DNA of 61,436 bases, the filler included, from Sphacelaria rigidula (Eukaryota), in the NCBI GenBank assembly GCA_964200075.2. It is 7 parts of 7 records of this genome, joined end to end, with 100 filler letters (N's around TTAATTAATTAA, not from the genome) between each part and the next. Parts side by side here need not be neighbours in the genome. Positions count along the whole stretch, not along the records: positions 1 to 8,692 come from CAXNAA020010364.1; positions 8,793 to 17,484 come from CAXNAA020010365.1; 5 more parts are not named here. One strand, given 5' to 3'. The position numbers and the translations under genes were made by a program. The notes beneath the pieces were generated by a model, which saw only the letters and a program-made list of their open reading frames with translations, had not been told where the DNA came from and made no database searches. Position 1 is the stretch's first letter. Each line of letters begins with the position of its first letter. Positions 1-11,965 of this stretch are shown piece after piece.

Positions 1-929
1 GAAAGCACTGTTTTCGGCTTGAACCTCATCTCGGAGTTAAACCTCAATTCGCACAATTTGTTGTTAAAAGCAGCTTTGCACGGGATCTGACTAGCAGATA
101 AGTGCTAACGCCGTACCCAGCGGCGATGGTGATATATTATGCTGTAATGCTCTGCCATGTGGATCACCATAACGAACGGCACCGTATCATCATAGTACGT
201 TGCCGCTGTACTTACAGGGTGATACATAGCACTGCACTACTGAAACTCTTCTTGCGCACTATTTGTTCACTGCTCTCGCAATACCGACTGTGCCATCATG
301 TATCACCACACGGCATTGTCATGTACTGTGATGATGGCCTGTGATGATGGAGTGCCCAGGGCCGTATTACCCTAAAGTACCACGGGACGACACCGTATTC
401 GAAGGATTATTAACCCCCTACCTACTCTTCGGCTTCAAGACTACGCGAGACAGTACCACTCTCATGCAGAAGAGAGTGTAGAGAACTATTTCACAAATCT
501 GTGATACCGTGAAATGGTGGCCCCGATTTTGAGTTCGCGAATTTGAGATTCGTCGCCATAAAAGATTATGACAATATATCACCTACCCTGTATACATTGG
601 GTGGGCGCGTTGGTGTCGGGCATATGTTCTACCGAACCATCATGTTCAAGTAATATAGTCTACCCCGTCCTGAAAGTCATGCCGTCCAACGAATCTCTCA
701 TACATTGTAATTCAACAAGTAAATCATTCAATAGTTTTTCTGGCGAGCAGGATATTTATAAGGGAGCCATTTCGAATCAGCCCGAGAAGAAAAACGTGGG
801 CAAGAGTATTGCGTCGTCCCTTCGGGATACCTCGGAGTAATGTTTTGAGGAAACGTGATCCGATTCCTTAGCCACCTGACCCTTCGGCTGCGAGGTTACG
901 TTGGTGGATGAATCGGCATCACTCAGTGT

Positions 930-1087
930 TATGCCGCTTCTTATAGACTTGGAAACGCCTCTGAGAAAAGTCGTCGAAAACGACTTTTCCCAGAGACGTT
1001 TTCCAGAGAAATCAGTTTTCAAAGTCCCACCTTATTATAGTCTATGAAAACATCATGAGGATTTTTACATCCAGAGCCATCATCTAG
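930..1087 (-). repeat. Dispersed repeat fragment shared with 51558-51703
   Basis: The reverse complement (GATGATGGCTCTGGATGTAAAAATCC...AAGGTGGGACTTTGAAAACTGATTTCTCTGGAAAACGTCTCTGGGAAAAGTCG...TCTATAAGAAGCGGC) aligns by eye with 51558-51703 (GATGATGGCCTCGGGTGTACAAATTC...AAGGTGGGGTTTTGAAAACTGGTTTCACTGAAATGTCTCTCAGAAAAGTAG...TCTATGAGAAGCGGC). Confidence 0.7.
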
Positions 1088-1307
1088 CGTGCAGACAGCA
1101 CTACTAGCGGTCATCATTTGCCTTTTGAAAGCAGGATGCAGGGCCATCATTCGCATTTTGCATGGACGATCCAGGGTGGGCACCACGCTGCACCAGTTCA
1201 CCACTCACACCCACATCTGCACAGCAGTAGGCACCACGCAGCAACACACTTGTGTAAAATGCCTTCTTCATCATCGCCAGCACCATCGATCGTCATCCCG
1301 TGTTCAG

Positions 1308-4284
1308 AACTAGCACGTTGGTTCTTCGCCCGGCTTTCAGATCATTACGCTGGCATCCTCGGGGCAGCATGCCTGAAACAGCTGCAGGCGATGCCGGTAG
1401 TATACGCGGCTCTGTCTATGAAAAACAGCTCCGAGACCTTCCAATTTCAAAAACGCAACGCAATCGTGAAGGACACCTTCGCGCGCAGCGCTGTGCTCGG
1501 CTTCTTGCGTTGGTTGGTTGGCAATAAGGTCTGCTCACCGACAGGGCTGAACACCGAAATAATGATCCAGACGACGTTTCGGACGACAAAGATCCCGAAG
1601 AAAGGTAAGTGTTCCGGTTCTCCTGTGATGGTGTGATGGTGTCCTCCCTCCACCCCAGTACTGTAGGGCGCAACCCGTTGTGTCTTCAGCATGCGCATCG
1701 GACACAAGAGATGTAGGACTTCACCCATTGCCTGCGGCTTCTTCTCCCAAGCGATGGTGCACGGTATCCGTGCGCTTATTCAAAAATTATCGGACAGCTC
1801 GTACAGATAGTGAAAACCGGACGCAACTGCTGTCACCGTTTCGATATTTGAATCCGCGATCTTAAAATTTGAATCCGCTGTTCTAGGCGTGTTGGCATGT
1901 CCTCGTCTCCCAGGGTGGAGACGAACAGGTAGGTGCTGACTGTGGCATGCTCGTCGTGTGCATCATTTGTATTTTCGTTGTGGCACGTGGTATGCATTTG
2001 TGTTTTTCCACTGTGCACCATGTTCTGGTCCAGGTAATGAATTTTTGGAGCCAAAAAAGAACATCGCCGGAGAGCGATCGTGGGCGATGACACGGAACAG
2101 CCACCTTTTCATCAAGGATGATACCCGGATGATCAACTTTCTTGCATCCACCGCGATTCCTGGGCTTATGCTGGCATTCCTTCAGTTACTGGTAGTTTCT
2201 AGTAAGCACTGTATACCAAACAATAAATGGATCCCGGCAGCCGAAATGTTTGGACTGTCCGTGAAAAAGAAAACAGGATACTTTTGGATCCGGGACTGGA
2301 GAAAACGAGTATCGCTTGACGCGTAGCAACCAACTCGCCCGTCCGAATCCAGACCTCCCCACAATCCCACCCCCCTCGGGCGAGAGCTGAAAGAGAGTCT
2401 AGACGTCGGCGAAAGGGCGGTGGTGCCACTTGCACCCTCTTCGAAACGTCAGACCTGTTGCCGCCAATTTCCTCTCGTTCACATTGCACACGGGATGGAT
2501 GTCATTGTCTATTCGTGTCCGCGGCAACGTTGTCCCCCCCCGCGGCAATATCATGCACGTCGTATTACGGGAAGTACCGTACCATTAAAAAGTGCAACCG
2601 GGAATTCCTTGCACCTTTGCCGTGTGAGAACATCCCGGCTTTTTTACGCTGCTACTACTGCCGTCTTGCCTCCAGTCGACATGCCCGCAAACATTTGACG
2701 GCCGTCGCAAGCGGGTCGACAGCACGGAAGCCGTCCTCCCCGACCCCACGCCTCCACTATGCTGGTAGCCACACATGTTTCGACTGTAGCTAACTCTTTC
2801 CCCTCGTTCTTCCGTCTCGTGAATCATGCTGCCCTTCATTCAGGGAGGTTGAGTTGTCGGTTAACGACAGTCTGCCTTCGGGGGAGCAATCGATCGATTG
2901 CTTTGAGAGACTCGTGCAATTTGCATGGGTCAGGGCGCAGAAACGCAAGATTGTGGCTGCCAAGAAGGCCAAGTCGAAGGAAAATAGAGGGAAGGAGAAA
3001 GCCGCACGCGACGTGGATAGGTACCACGAGAACGACGACCTCGGTACTGAAGATGTGCCCGACGACGAGTGCTCCCCCATGCCGGAAACCTGCGTGCCCC
3101 CCAACATGCGTGTCTTCGCACTTTGGGGACCTTTCTGTGATGCTCCCGAGGTGGAGTTCAGCATGCCGGCATCCACCGGTCCCCGAAAACGCCGTCCCCG
3201 CGATGAAGTACAGGGGGGCGAAGGGATCGAAGGGGGCGAAGGAGGCGAAGGGAGTGGCGGCGACGACAAGCGCGCCGCTGTAACATGCCCAAATACCAAT
3301 AAAAAACTGGGCGAGACGGGCGGCATGCTGTCGCGGCGCGAAATCTCCAAACGGAAGAAAGAGGACAAGCAAGAACTGAAAAAACGCCGAAAAGCCGCTG
3401 ACGAGGCACGATCTCAAATCGCTTCTCCAGTGGGTATACTCGCTAATATGGGCAACAGCCTCGACCAACGCATACAAAACCTGCTAGTGCTACGGGAGTC
3501 GGAGGCACGGGTTTCGGCATTGAGGCAGACCCTCGCCCTCTACAAGTCTATCGGCGACGATGGAATGATCGCGGAAACCACTCGCGACCTGCTCCAAGAG
3601 TTGCGCGCATTGGCGACAAGAAAATCGGAGCATACGGGTTGCCTCCCTGTGAAAGCACCCGGGGTGACTGGCGCTGGTAGTGGAGACGACATCGGGAACA
3701 GCAACGACAGCATGCCCGTCTCTACCGTCGGTGGCGGTGGCGAGGGTGGAGGCGGTGGTGTTATCGGCGGCGGCGGTGGCGGCGACTCTGGCAGCAACAA
3801 TAGGGCAGTAACGGATGGGTCCAGCAATAACAATGTCGACGGAGGCGCCGGCAGTGGTGTCACGGATAGCAGCAACGGCGGTGACAACAATGACAGCATG
3901 GCCGACTCAAGTGACGGCTGCGGCGGAGATGACACCGGTAGTGATATTGCCGGTGGTGGCGGCGATCCGGAGAGTGCCCGGAGTGAGATGGCGGGTGGTT
4001 ACAGCGATAATGACGTTTGTGGAGATGCCGATGGTTGTGTTCTCGACGGCAGCGGCCGAGGTTCCGGGACAGGCGGCACAAGAGGTGGGGCCGGCGCCAC
4101 TGCATTCAGTCAGGGGGCAGGCGCCGGCGGTGGTGAAGTAGTGCGGCTAGACGCGGGCAGTGACGACGACGTCGACGACGGAGGAGATATCTGCAGTGAT
4201 GGAAGTAGTAGTATTGCCCGGATCCGCAGTATGATTGCGTGCGTTGATGACACAGATGAGGGTTTCGAGTTCCTTGTAGTTTGA
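1308..4284 (+). CDS. Putative spliced orphan gene or pseudogene with a basic/coiled-coil region and G/D/S-rich tail; possibly a transposon accessory protein
   Basis: Candidate exons 1308-1604 (cag|..., AAAG|gtaagt), 2034-2191 (ccag|GT, phase-consistent with the previous exon) and 2844-4284 (cattcag|, 476-aa open frame ending TGA). The exon 2/3 junction is one base out of phase unless a GAG acceptor at 2847 is used. No start exon identified. Confidence 0.45.
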
Positions 4285-5267
4285 CTGGCGAGTGTACCGA
4301 TCGACAACAGGTGTTTCATTGGGTTCGAGTGTACCGGCCGACAACAGGCGTTCCATTGAGTCGGAATTTCCGCTGTGAGATCATGATAGTTTGCGGGTGT
4401 ACTCATGATGATGCCTGAGTACACCCTGTCACAGCAGAGGGGGGGGGGAGCAGGATGGGGGGTTGGTGTGTAATACTACCTTACGTTTGGGAGGGATGCC
4501 GCCGTTGCACGTTTCATAGCCAACCGCGAGTAAAATGAGTCTGTGGATACTTTTTTCTGCACCCTGGCCCCCAAAGCACGTACCGCACTACCCCAAATCG
4601 ACTCCTCGGTGCGATTGGACGCAGGCGTAGTTTTTTTTGTCTCACTGGACGTCGCCCCGAAGCGTGAGCCGAATCTTTTATCGAACGGTGGCGTTGGACA
4701 AAATGCATGTCCCGCAGTTTGCGGAAACATGAGAGCAACATGAGGTTTAGAACGAAAAGAGGCAGCTGCCTGGAACGTGTCGGTCGAGAATTCGACAGAT
4801 CCAATAATATCTATCTCGAACAACGAGTCCAGTACCCGTCCTAATTTTTGTTCCATCACCAGGGACAATGACTCCAGCAGTCCAGCGCCCGCCCTAATTT
4901 GTTTTCCATCACCAGGGGCAATGACTCCAGCAGTCCAGTACTTGCCCTATTTTTCGTTCCACCGCCAGTAGTGGTCGACGCGAAACGCATTTCCTTCCCA
5001 TGGGTCGACACGAAACAATTGAATGTTTTTCCTTCTCAATCGTATCCTCTACCCTCAATCTCACGAGAACATCATCCTATGCAATTGGAGGCTCCCTCAT
5101 CATTTGTGCTTGTTTGTCCACGTCTACTCATTTTTCGCGGAGGGCAATATATACCTGCTCGATCGAAGCGGACAAAGCGTCGAGTGCTCGACCCGTGTAT
5201 TTGGTTCGCCGGCACATGTGGCAAAGGAGGGGCTCATGGATCGACACGAAACGCATTCAACTGTTCC

Positions 5268-5900
5268 CCCCACGAGCATGACTACCGTGCTTGACTACTT
5301 CATTTTTCCACGACCAGCATGACTCCAGTACTCGCTCCACAATATTTCACCTTCAGCAATGACTCTAGTCCTCGATGTATTCATTGTTTTTCACCACCAG
5401 CATGAGTCGCGTGCTCGAGTAGTGTATTTTCCCCACCACCAGTACGACTCCAGCACGCGCCCCACAATATATTTCACCTTCAGCAATGACTCCAGTCTTC
5501 GATGTATTCATTGTTTTCCACCATCAGTATGACTCGCGTGCCCGAGTAGTTTATTTTCCCCACCACCAGTACGACTCCAGCACGCGCTCTACTATATTTT
5601 TTCACCTTCAGCGATGAGTCCAATCCTCGACGCATTTATTGTTTTCCACCACCAGCATGACTCCAATACTCGGTTTACTACATGTTTCACCTTCAGCAAT
5701 GACTCCAGTCCTTGACGCATTCTTTTTCTTTTCCACCACCAGCATGACACGCGTGCTCGCGTGATTAATTTTTTCCACCCCCGGCATGAATCGCGTACTC
5801 GCTCCACTATAATTTTCACTTTTAGCAGTGAGTCCAGTCCTCCGTGCATGCATTTGTTTCCGCCACGACCATAACTCGCGTGCTCGAATAATTTATTTTT
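5268..5900. repeat. Tandem array of ~42-bp monomers (CACCWYCAGCA(A)TGACTC core) in a ~127-bp three-monomer higher-order pattern
   Basis: About 15 monomers start near 5268, 5309, 5348, 5392, 5434, 5475, 5519, 5561, 5603, 5647, 5688, 5734, 5776, 5817 and 5861. Related monomers occur at 4855-4970 and, inverted, near 54340-54370. Confidence 0.85.
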
Positions 5901-7629
5901 CATGTGCACAGGCCCTCAACAGTATCCGATCTGTTTTTCGTTTTTTTTGTTGATATCCTCGGCGGTTCTTGACTGAAGCACGCGTTTTGTTTTTCCAGTC
6001 GGTGCTCGAACCATGCGGCTGGATGGTCGGAATAATTCAGTCGGCCCCAAAACGGCCGGACTTCACGCCTTTCCACCCGGACGTATGACCATGGCAATGT
6101 CTACCGCCATTGCGTCGCGACCACCAGTCGATATCTCGGCCCCCCGTTTGCGGGGTGGGGGTGTGTTGGGGGGCGAGTGCATCGTTAGGATGGTGAAGTG
6201 GGAAGGCAGGGTACTAAGTTTGAATGCTCTCGAGAATTATTCGAGATGTTTTCGAGAATTCTCCAAAGCATTCTCCAAAAACCCGAAATAGACGAAAATA
6301 GGGTATATTTTCACCCTGTTACATATCTTCCGTTTTTTTCCTTTCTTCTCTAGCTTCGTCTTTGTTTTTCTCTTTTCAACGAGCCTGACTACATTATCCT
6401 AACTAACACGGTTGTTCTCACACGACGTGTTGCCCACGGGCACCCTTGCTTCCCAGACAGGTGAAGCATGTACTGGTTCGATGAAATGGGAACGAGCTTT
6501 GAAGCTTGAACCTTGCAGCTCGGAGATGTGCATGTCTACAGAGTTGAAGCTTGGACGTTCAACATCTCGGACCGCCTCTCCACAGTTATTTGCTTGTGGC
6601 ACTCATCGACCAAAGCCGTTCACCACGAGTGCTGATTGGTGTGATCGAGCCACCTATGTGTCCGCCACGGTGAATTATTCGTGCGCTCGAGTCAATCATG
6701 TTCCAACCACGACCGACGATTCCACTATTCGTCCCATCTTTAATTTTTTCTCCAAGAAATGACTGAGTTTTTGCCATCGCCAGCAGTGATTCGAGGGCAC
6801 CAGGGCCTCCAAATACACACAACGGTTAGCCGAACGAGTGCGAGTGCCACGGGTCATACTCGTGCTCACCCGGCGCATGGAACTTGCACAGGGAACGCAG
6901 GGTCGGGCCTCATCGCAGGCGACCATGCTTTCTCACAGCCGAGGTTCAAAACACGCGAAAAGGTGCTGATTCAGGGTTTACCCGGCCAGAACTGAAAGAA
7001 ACACGTCTGCTAGACTAAACGTAGCCTCAAGGGTAGGGCCTTACTGGAGCTGGTCGCACGATATCGGAAACAGGAGTCCAATCTTGGGAGAAGCCGGTAG
7101 CGCATGCACACACACACACTGAAAAGTCCGAGACCGGAAATAGAGTGGCGTGCAACGTCACAACAGATGTCTAAGGTTAAATGAAAAATAAAGATGTAAA
7201 CCATTCCTTTTCATATTTAATCTGGCAGGTGGAGACATGAAGTAGAAGAAAAAAAAAAACAATCCGAACAATCCAAGGGGTAATAACACGGTGAAGCTTG
7301 TCACACTCTCCCGACCAACATACCCCCTACAAAGGAACGGCAACAACGCACCGGTACTTGCACGCCCCCAACATATGCGACAGGAGAAGAGAACGTGGTA
7401 AAGAATAACAAGGTGGGGTGTATGCGTACTCCGGGGACACAGTCAAGCACCTTATAGGAGGGCATATTGATGACACTGCAGCCAATGGGATGAGCGACAT
7501 CAACAAAACAATCTGACTACAGAGGGTAGTGTCCGATTCACATGTTGTCGGCCATCTCCACCCTCATCCGTGGACAGATAGCACCCTGTGGGGCGCACTG
7601 TGCAGGGTCCGCACAGGGTCCTTCACAGT

Positions 7630-8425
7630 CTTTGTGAAAAAACCCTGACAGTGAAACGTCAAACCTGTATCCCTCGTAGCGTTTTGATAGGGGTTTCCCC
7701 AGGGTTGTATTTGCAGCCCTGTGTAGGCACGTCGGCAAAGCCCTGCACAGTCATGTGGTGGTGTTTTGGTAAAAAACCCTGACAGTTCTGCAAAATCTAG
7801 TACCCGTAGCATTTTGATAGGGTTTTCCCCAGGGTTGTATTTGCAGCCCTGTGTAGGCACGTCGGCAAAGCCCTGCACAGTCATGTGGTAGTGTTTGGGC
7901 AAAAAAGCCTGGCAGTTCTGCAAAATCTAGTACCCGTAGCGTTTTGATACGGTTTTCCCCAGGGTTGTATTTGCAGCCCTGTGTAGGCACGTCGGCAAAG
8001 CCCTGCACAGTCATGTGGTATTCTTTCGGTCAAAACCACTGACAGTTCTGCAAAATCTAGTCCCCGTCGTAGCATGGTGATAGGGGTTTTCTCAGGGTTG
8101 GGTTTACAGCCCTATGCAGGCTTGTCGGCAATGCCCGGTAAAGTCATGTGGCAGTGTTTCGGTGAAAAAGCCTGAGAGTTCTGCAGAATCTGGTGCCTGT
8201 AGCTTTTTGAAAGGGTTCCGCAGAGGGTTGGGTTTACAGCCCTGTGTAGGCACGTCGGCAATGCCCTATACAGTCATGTAGTAGTGCTTTGGTAAAACAC
8301 ACACTGACAGCTCTGCAACATCCAGTACCCGTAGCGTTTTGATAGCGTTTTCCCCAGGGTTGTAGTTGCAGCCCTGTGTAGGCACGTCGGCAAAGCCCTG
8401 TCCAGTCATGTGTTGGTGTCTGCGG
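7630..8425. repeat. Tandem satellite, ~130-bp unit, about 6 copies
   Basis: The unit GTTTTGATAGGGTTTTCCCCAGGGTTGTATTTGCAGCCCTGTGTAGGCACGTCGGCAAAGCCCTGCACAGTCATGTGG... recurs at 7681, 7811, 7941, ~8073, ~8203 and ~8336. Confidence 0.92.
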
Positions 8426-8692
8426 TAGTGATTTTTCTGCGATCCTACTCCTATCCGTGTACGTTGCGCTTGAGAAAGCCGGTTAGTTTCACCTTTTCAA
8501 CCCCTGCGGGGAGCCCGATGCAGGCTTCAAAATCGAGTACCTATCGCAGCCTTTCCCAGAGTATTTCTCGAGGCAATCTCGGCAGCCCCATCAGGGCCCG
8601 GGGACAATAACAAGCCCAGTCCAGCCATGCTGGCAGTGACTGCGGTAGTGTCCATTCTTCGATCGTACTCAACCCCCCCCCCCCCTCCCCCC

Positions 8693-8792
8693 NNNNNNNN
8701 NNNNNNNNNNNNNNNNNNNNNNNNNNNNNNNNNNNNTTAATTAATTAANNNNNNNNNNNNNNNNNNNNNNNNNNNNNNNNNNNNNNNNNNNN
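8693..8792. other. Artificial contig linker (N44-TTAATTAATTAA-N44)
   Basis: 100-bp spacer with stop codons in all six frames; identical at six positions in the window. Confidence 0.97.
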
Positions 8793-9811
8793 AGCGAAAT
8801 GTGGCCTACAAAAGGTAAGCGATTTCTGGAGGCGACATGTCCGTCTTCGCGTGCCCATATCTCTCGAGTAACATGCTGTTTATCGGGGGGTTTTCGAGTA
8901 CCGGATGCCAATGCCCCCCCACCGAATGACGTGCGTGAAAAATCCGGAGCGAAAACGGTCAAAATGGCGTGTTTGGCTGTTTTCGCGTTTCTGGTAATCT
9001 TTTGTACCTTTCTTAGGCAAAAACGAAAAGGTATACCTTTAAAAAGCCATTGCCCTAATACATCATTGTATTGTACATCATATATTATAAATATATAAAA
9101 AAATATGTCAACGAGCAGAAGCAAACATATAGCAAGGCCACCAAACTATTCGGATGTTGTCAATGTTCGTTGTTGATCGATTTCTTGCTACAAAGTTAAC
9201 AGAAAATATTGAAAACAGGATAAGTTTGATCGCCGGAAAAATGACCTCCGGCATCGGAGGTCATCGGGACAGAACGGGCAAGGAGCAGAAGCAGATATAC
9301 GAACCCCACAAAGTCCACCAGACGTTTCCGTTTTTGTCAACGTTTATTGATCAATTTCTTGTAACAAAAAGCAACAGAAATAATCAAAACAGTGTTTTTT
9401 GATCAATTCCTTACGAGAAACTTGACAAAAAAAATCGAAAAAGTCATGATAATTTTCGAAAATATGCCCTCCGGGAGGGGTGTGTGTGTGTGTGGCCCAC
9501 GTTTCCGATTTTTTTCGCTCGACATACGCTTGTAACATGGCATAAATTTGGAGTTGTACATGGATGTTGAAGTTGGCGTGGCCTTGGGGGTGTGCATCTC
9601 TACAACAGCACCCCAAAAGATATACTTCGTATAACATTAGCCGGCATTTTGACGAAACAAGGAAAGTGACGATCATTTCGTGATACAGAGATCGTGACGT
9701 GACGGATCACAATTTCATTATACCGAGAACTCACACACGCCGTTCCAATATAGGTGGGAAGACGAGTGATGCAATGACGGTGAGAGCACACGGATAGACC
9801 AGCGACTTCAC

Positions 9812-10066
9812 GCAGGGCGGTAATCACGCGCAAGGGTGTATGGGCATTGTCGCCTGTCAAAACGCTGACGGCCTCCCGATCGAGAAGGAGAAAAAGCAAT
9901 AGCAGCAGCAGCAGCTTTGCTACTAGTGGATATATCCGGCTGTGGGTGGGTCTCAATCAGCCGGTGCCGATACTGCTGCTGCTGCTGCTTTTCCTCGTGC
10001 GAGAGACGGTCCGCGTTCGATCGTGCGACAACGCCCACTCACCTTGCGCGTGATAGCCACCGTGCT
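9812..10066. repeat. Imperfect inverted repeat (~100-bp arms ending in (CAG)n / (CTG)n)
   Basis: 9812-9915 (ATCACGCGCAAGGGTGTATGGGCATTGTCGC...AAAAAGCAATAGCAGCAGCAGCAG) is the approximate reverse complement of 9973-10066 (CTGCTGCTGCTGCTGCTTTTCC...GCGACAACGCCCACTCACCTTGCGCGTGAT). Confidence 0.75.
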
Positions 10067-10499
10067 GGAAAGCGCTAGTCCGTACTACCCGCCGATGGGC
10101 CCGTGCTTGCTCACTCGGCGAAGTGCTGGGAGATATAGCTGTGCGCATCTCTCTGTGGGAGCTGCGCACGTCGAGTGTGTCTCACGCGTGGCAACTGCTG
10201 GTGATGCGAGTAAAGCCAGCGTGGCTACTGCTGGCGATGGGAACCAGCTGTGCGCCCGTGAATAGTCACGTGACCTTTATACTTCGTGTCAACAACATTG
10301 CATTTTCAACTTCGACAAGACGGCACTGCCAGCCAACTGCAGTTTTGGGTAATCCAGCAGGGACTAGACATGTTTGGCGCAAGGATTAAATACACGATTG
10401 TGCAGTGTGACAGGTGCAGCACACGAGAGAGCCGTCTGCGTGCGCTGTTGTACAACAAATCATGACATGTCCCATTTTACTTCTTGTGCCAACTCCTAA

Positions 10500-10597
10500 C
10501 CCTTCGACCGCGAGGTTAGTCTTCTGTTGAATCGGCATTAATTTCAAGTGAAAAAAAGTATGCATGATCCAGAAAGACTAATCTCGCGGCCTAAGGG
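10500..10597. mobile_element. piggyBac-like MITE (98 bp)
   Basis: TIR CCCTTCGACCGCGAG...CTCGCGGCCTAAGGG flanked by CTAA and TTAA; reverse-complement copy of 48280-48378. Confidence 0.8.
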
Positions 10598-11467
10598 TTA
10601 AACAGGTCCTCAAGCGTTCAGAATCGTCCCCCAATTCTGAACGCTTGGCCAAACTTTTGCATTTTTTTGGGTCTGTTCAGAATTTTGGAGGTCAAAATCT
10701 TGGCGATTTTGTTCCGTAGTGGTCGGTTTTATGACCACCTGTTCAAAAATTTGAGACATAAAATTCGAACGGCTCCCATTAGAGTCGGTCTTAGTTCTCA
10801 ATATTTTCGGAGGTGGCAGAATTCACCAAGCCTCATGTTCTTGGTTCACGCGAAAATCGACACTGAAAGATCAAAACTGGGCACCATATTTCGCACCGTT
10901 TCATTCCAACAGTCAAAGGGCTGTGTTTTCTCTGGTGGTTCCAGATGTCTCATCCCCCTGCGTAAAAATGAAGGAGGATTTTCACCACCCAACACACCCG
11001 CTCCATGAATATTGCTTGCTGATTACTCCGCAGACGAGACTATTTGAGGCCCCACACAAATCCGAACGATGGTGGGCATGAATTGACTACGAATTTGAGC
11101 AGCAGAGTCCGCGAAAATCATGCCGTGAAATTCCAACATGTCGATGAGCTAGATACAATTAAAAGTACGGGTAACGCATTACTGGGGCCAGACGCGCATG
11201 TCTTCGCAGTTGCATGTTCCGAACCCAAGCTTGTCACTGGTCTAGAGGCGGACACGATAAATGATCCGAAAAATGAAGGTTTCAGCAATCATTTTGGCGG
11301 GTTCCTCCTGTTTGAGAGGCCCATATTGTACTGCCTACAAGAGGAGCTTGGTGAAATTCATTTCGTCGCTTCGAAACTGTGGGACGTTCATCATCCCAGG
11401 TAACCGCCGCACTCCGAGGTGTAAGAAGAGGCACTACAGTTACAGTAGTCGGCTTCCCGTTCCCTCG

Positions 11468-11649
11468 TGTAATACGGGGGAGGACCGCGTGCTCGTTAGA
11501 TTGCGTCGGAGCCCTACGGTTGGGTTTCGGGTTAGCGTCAGGGGCGCGGTCCCTGCACGGACTGGCTGAAGGATCTTGATGAAAGTCGATCCGAGGGCGA
11601 TCAAATTCCTATGCGGCTCAAAAAGCACGCGGTCCTCCCACGCATTACA
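11468..11649. mobile_element. TGT...ACA telomeric-repeat MITE, degenerate copy 1
   Basis: TGTAATACGGGGGAGGACCGCGTGCT...AAGCACGCGGTCCTCCCACGCATTACA with a decayed GGGTT tract; no clear TSD. Confidence 0.8.
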
Positions 11650-11965
11650 CCTTTGCCCGCTGGCAGCGCGGGTGTCCATTTAGCAACGCATTCCATATCG
11701 TACCCAAAACAAACGAATGTGGAGGTTGTACCGCTCTCGACGTTTTAGTGTTGTCCGTTTATCCCACGTTATCGTCTATCGTCACATCAACGTTGTTGAT
11801 TATACCTGTTGGAGTGTTTACAAGATTCAGATCTCCAGGGGGGCAGCACACGCTCCAACTCGAGTATATGCAATGGGCGCACCTTCAAGCTTTGCCAAAG
11901 CAAGGGCACTTCGCACACCGCACGCATTCTCCTTACCCCGGGATTTCGCCCTCTGTTGAAGTCAA

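Noticed and set aside
4476-4868. 130-aa minus-strand ORF ending near a gtaag donor
   Set aside because: No partner exons or recognisable motif; it begins inside repeat monomers.
5268-5900. CRISPR-like repeat-spacer appearance
   Set aside because: The 'spacers' themselves recur in three classes, the repeats are degenerate, there are no cas genes and the context is eukaryotic.
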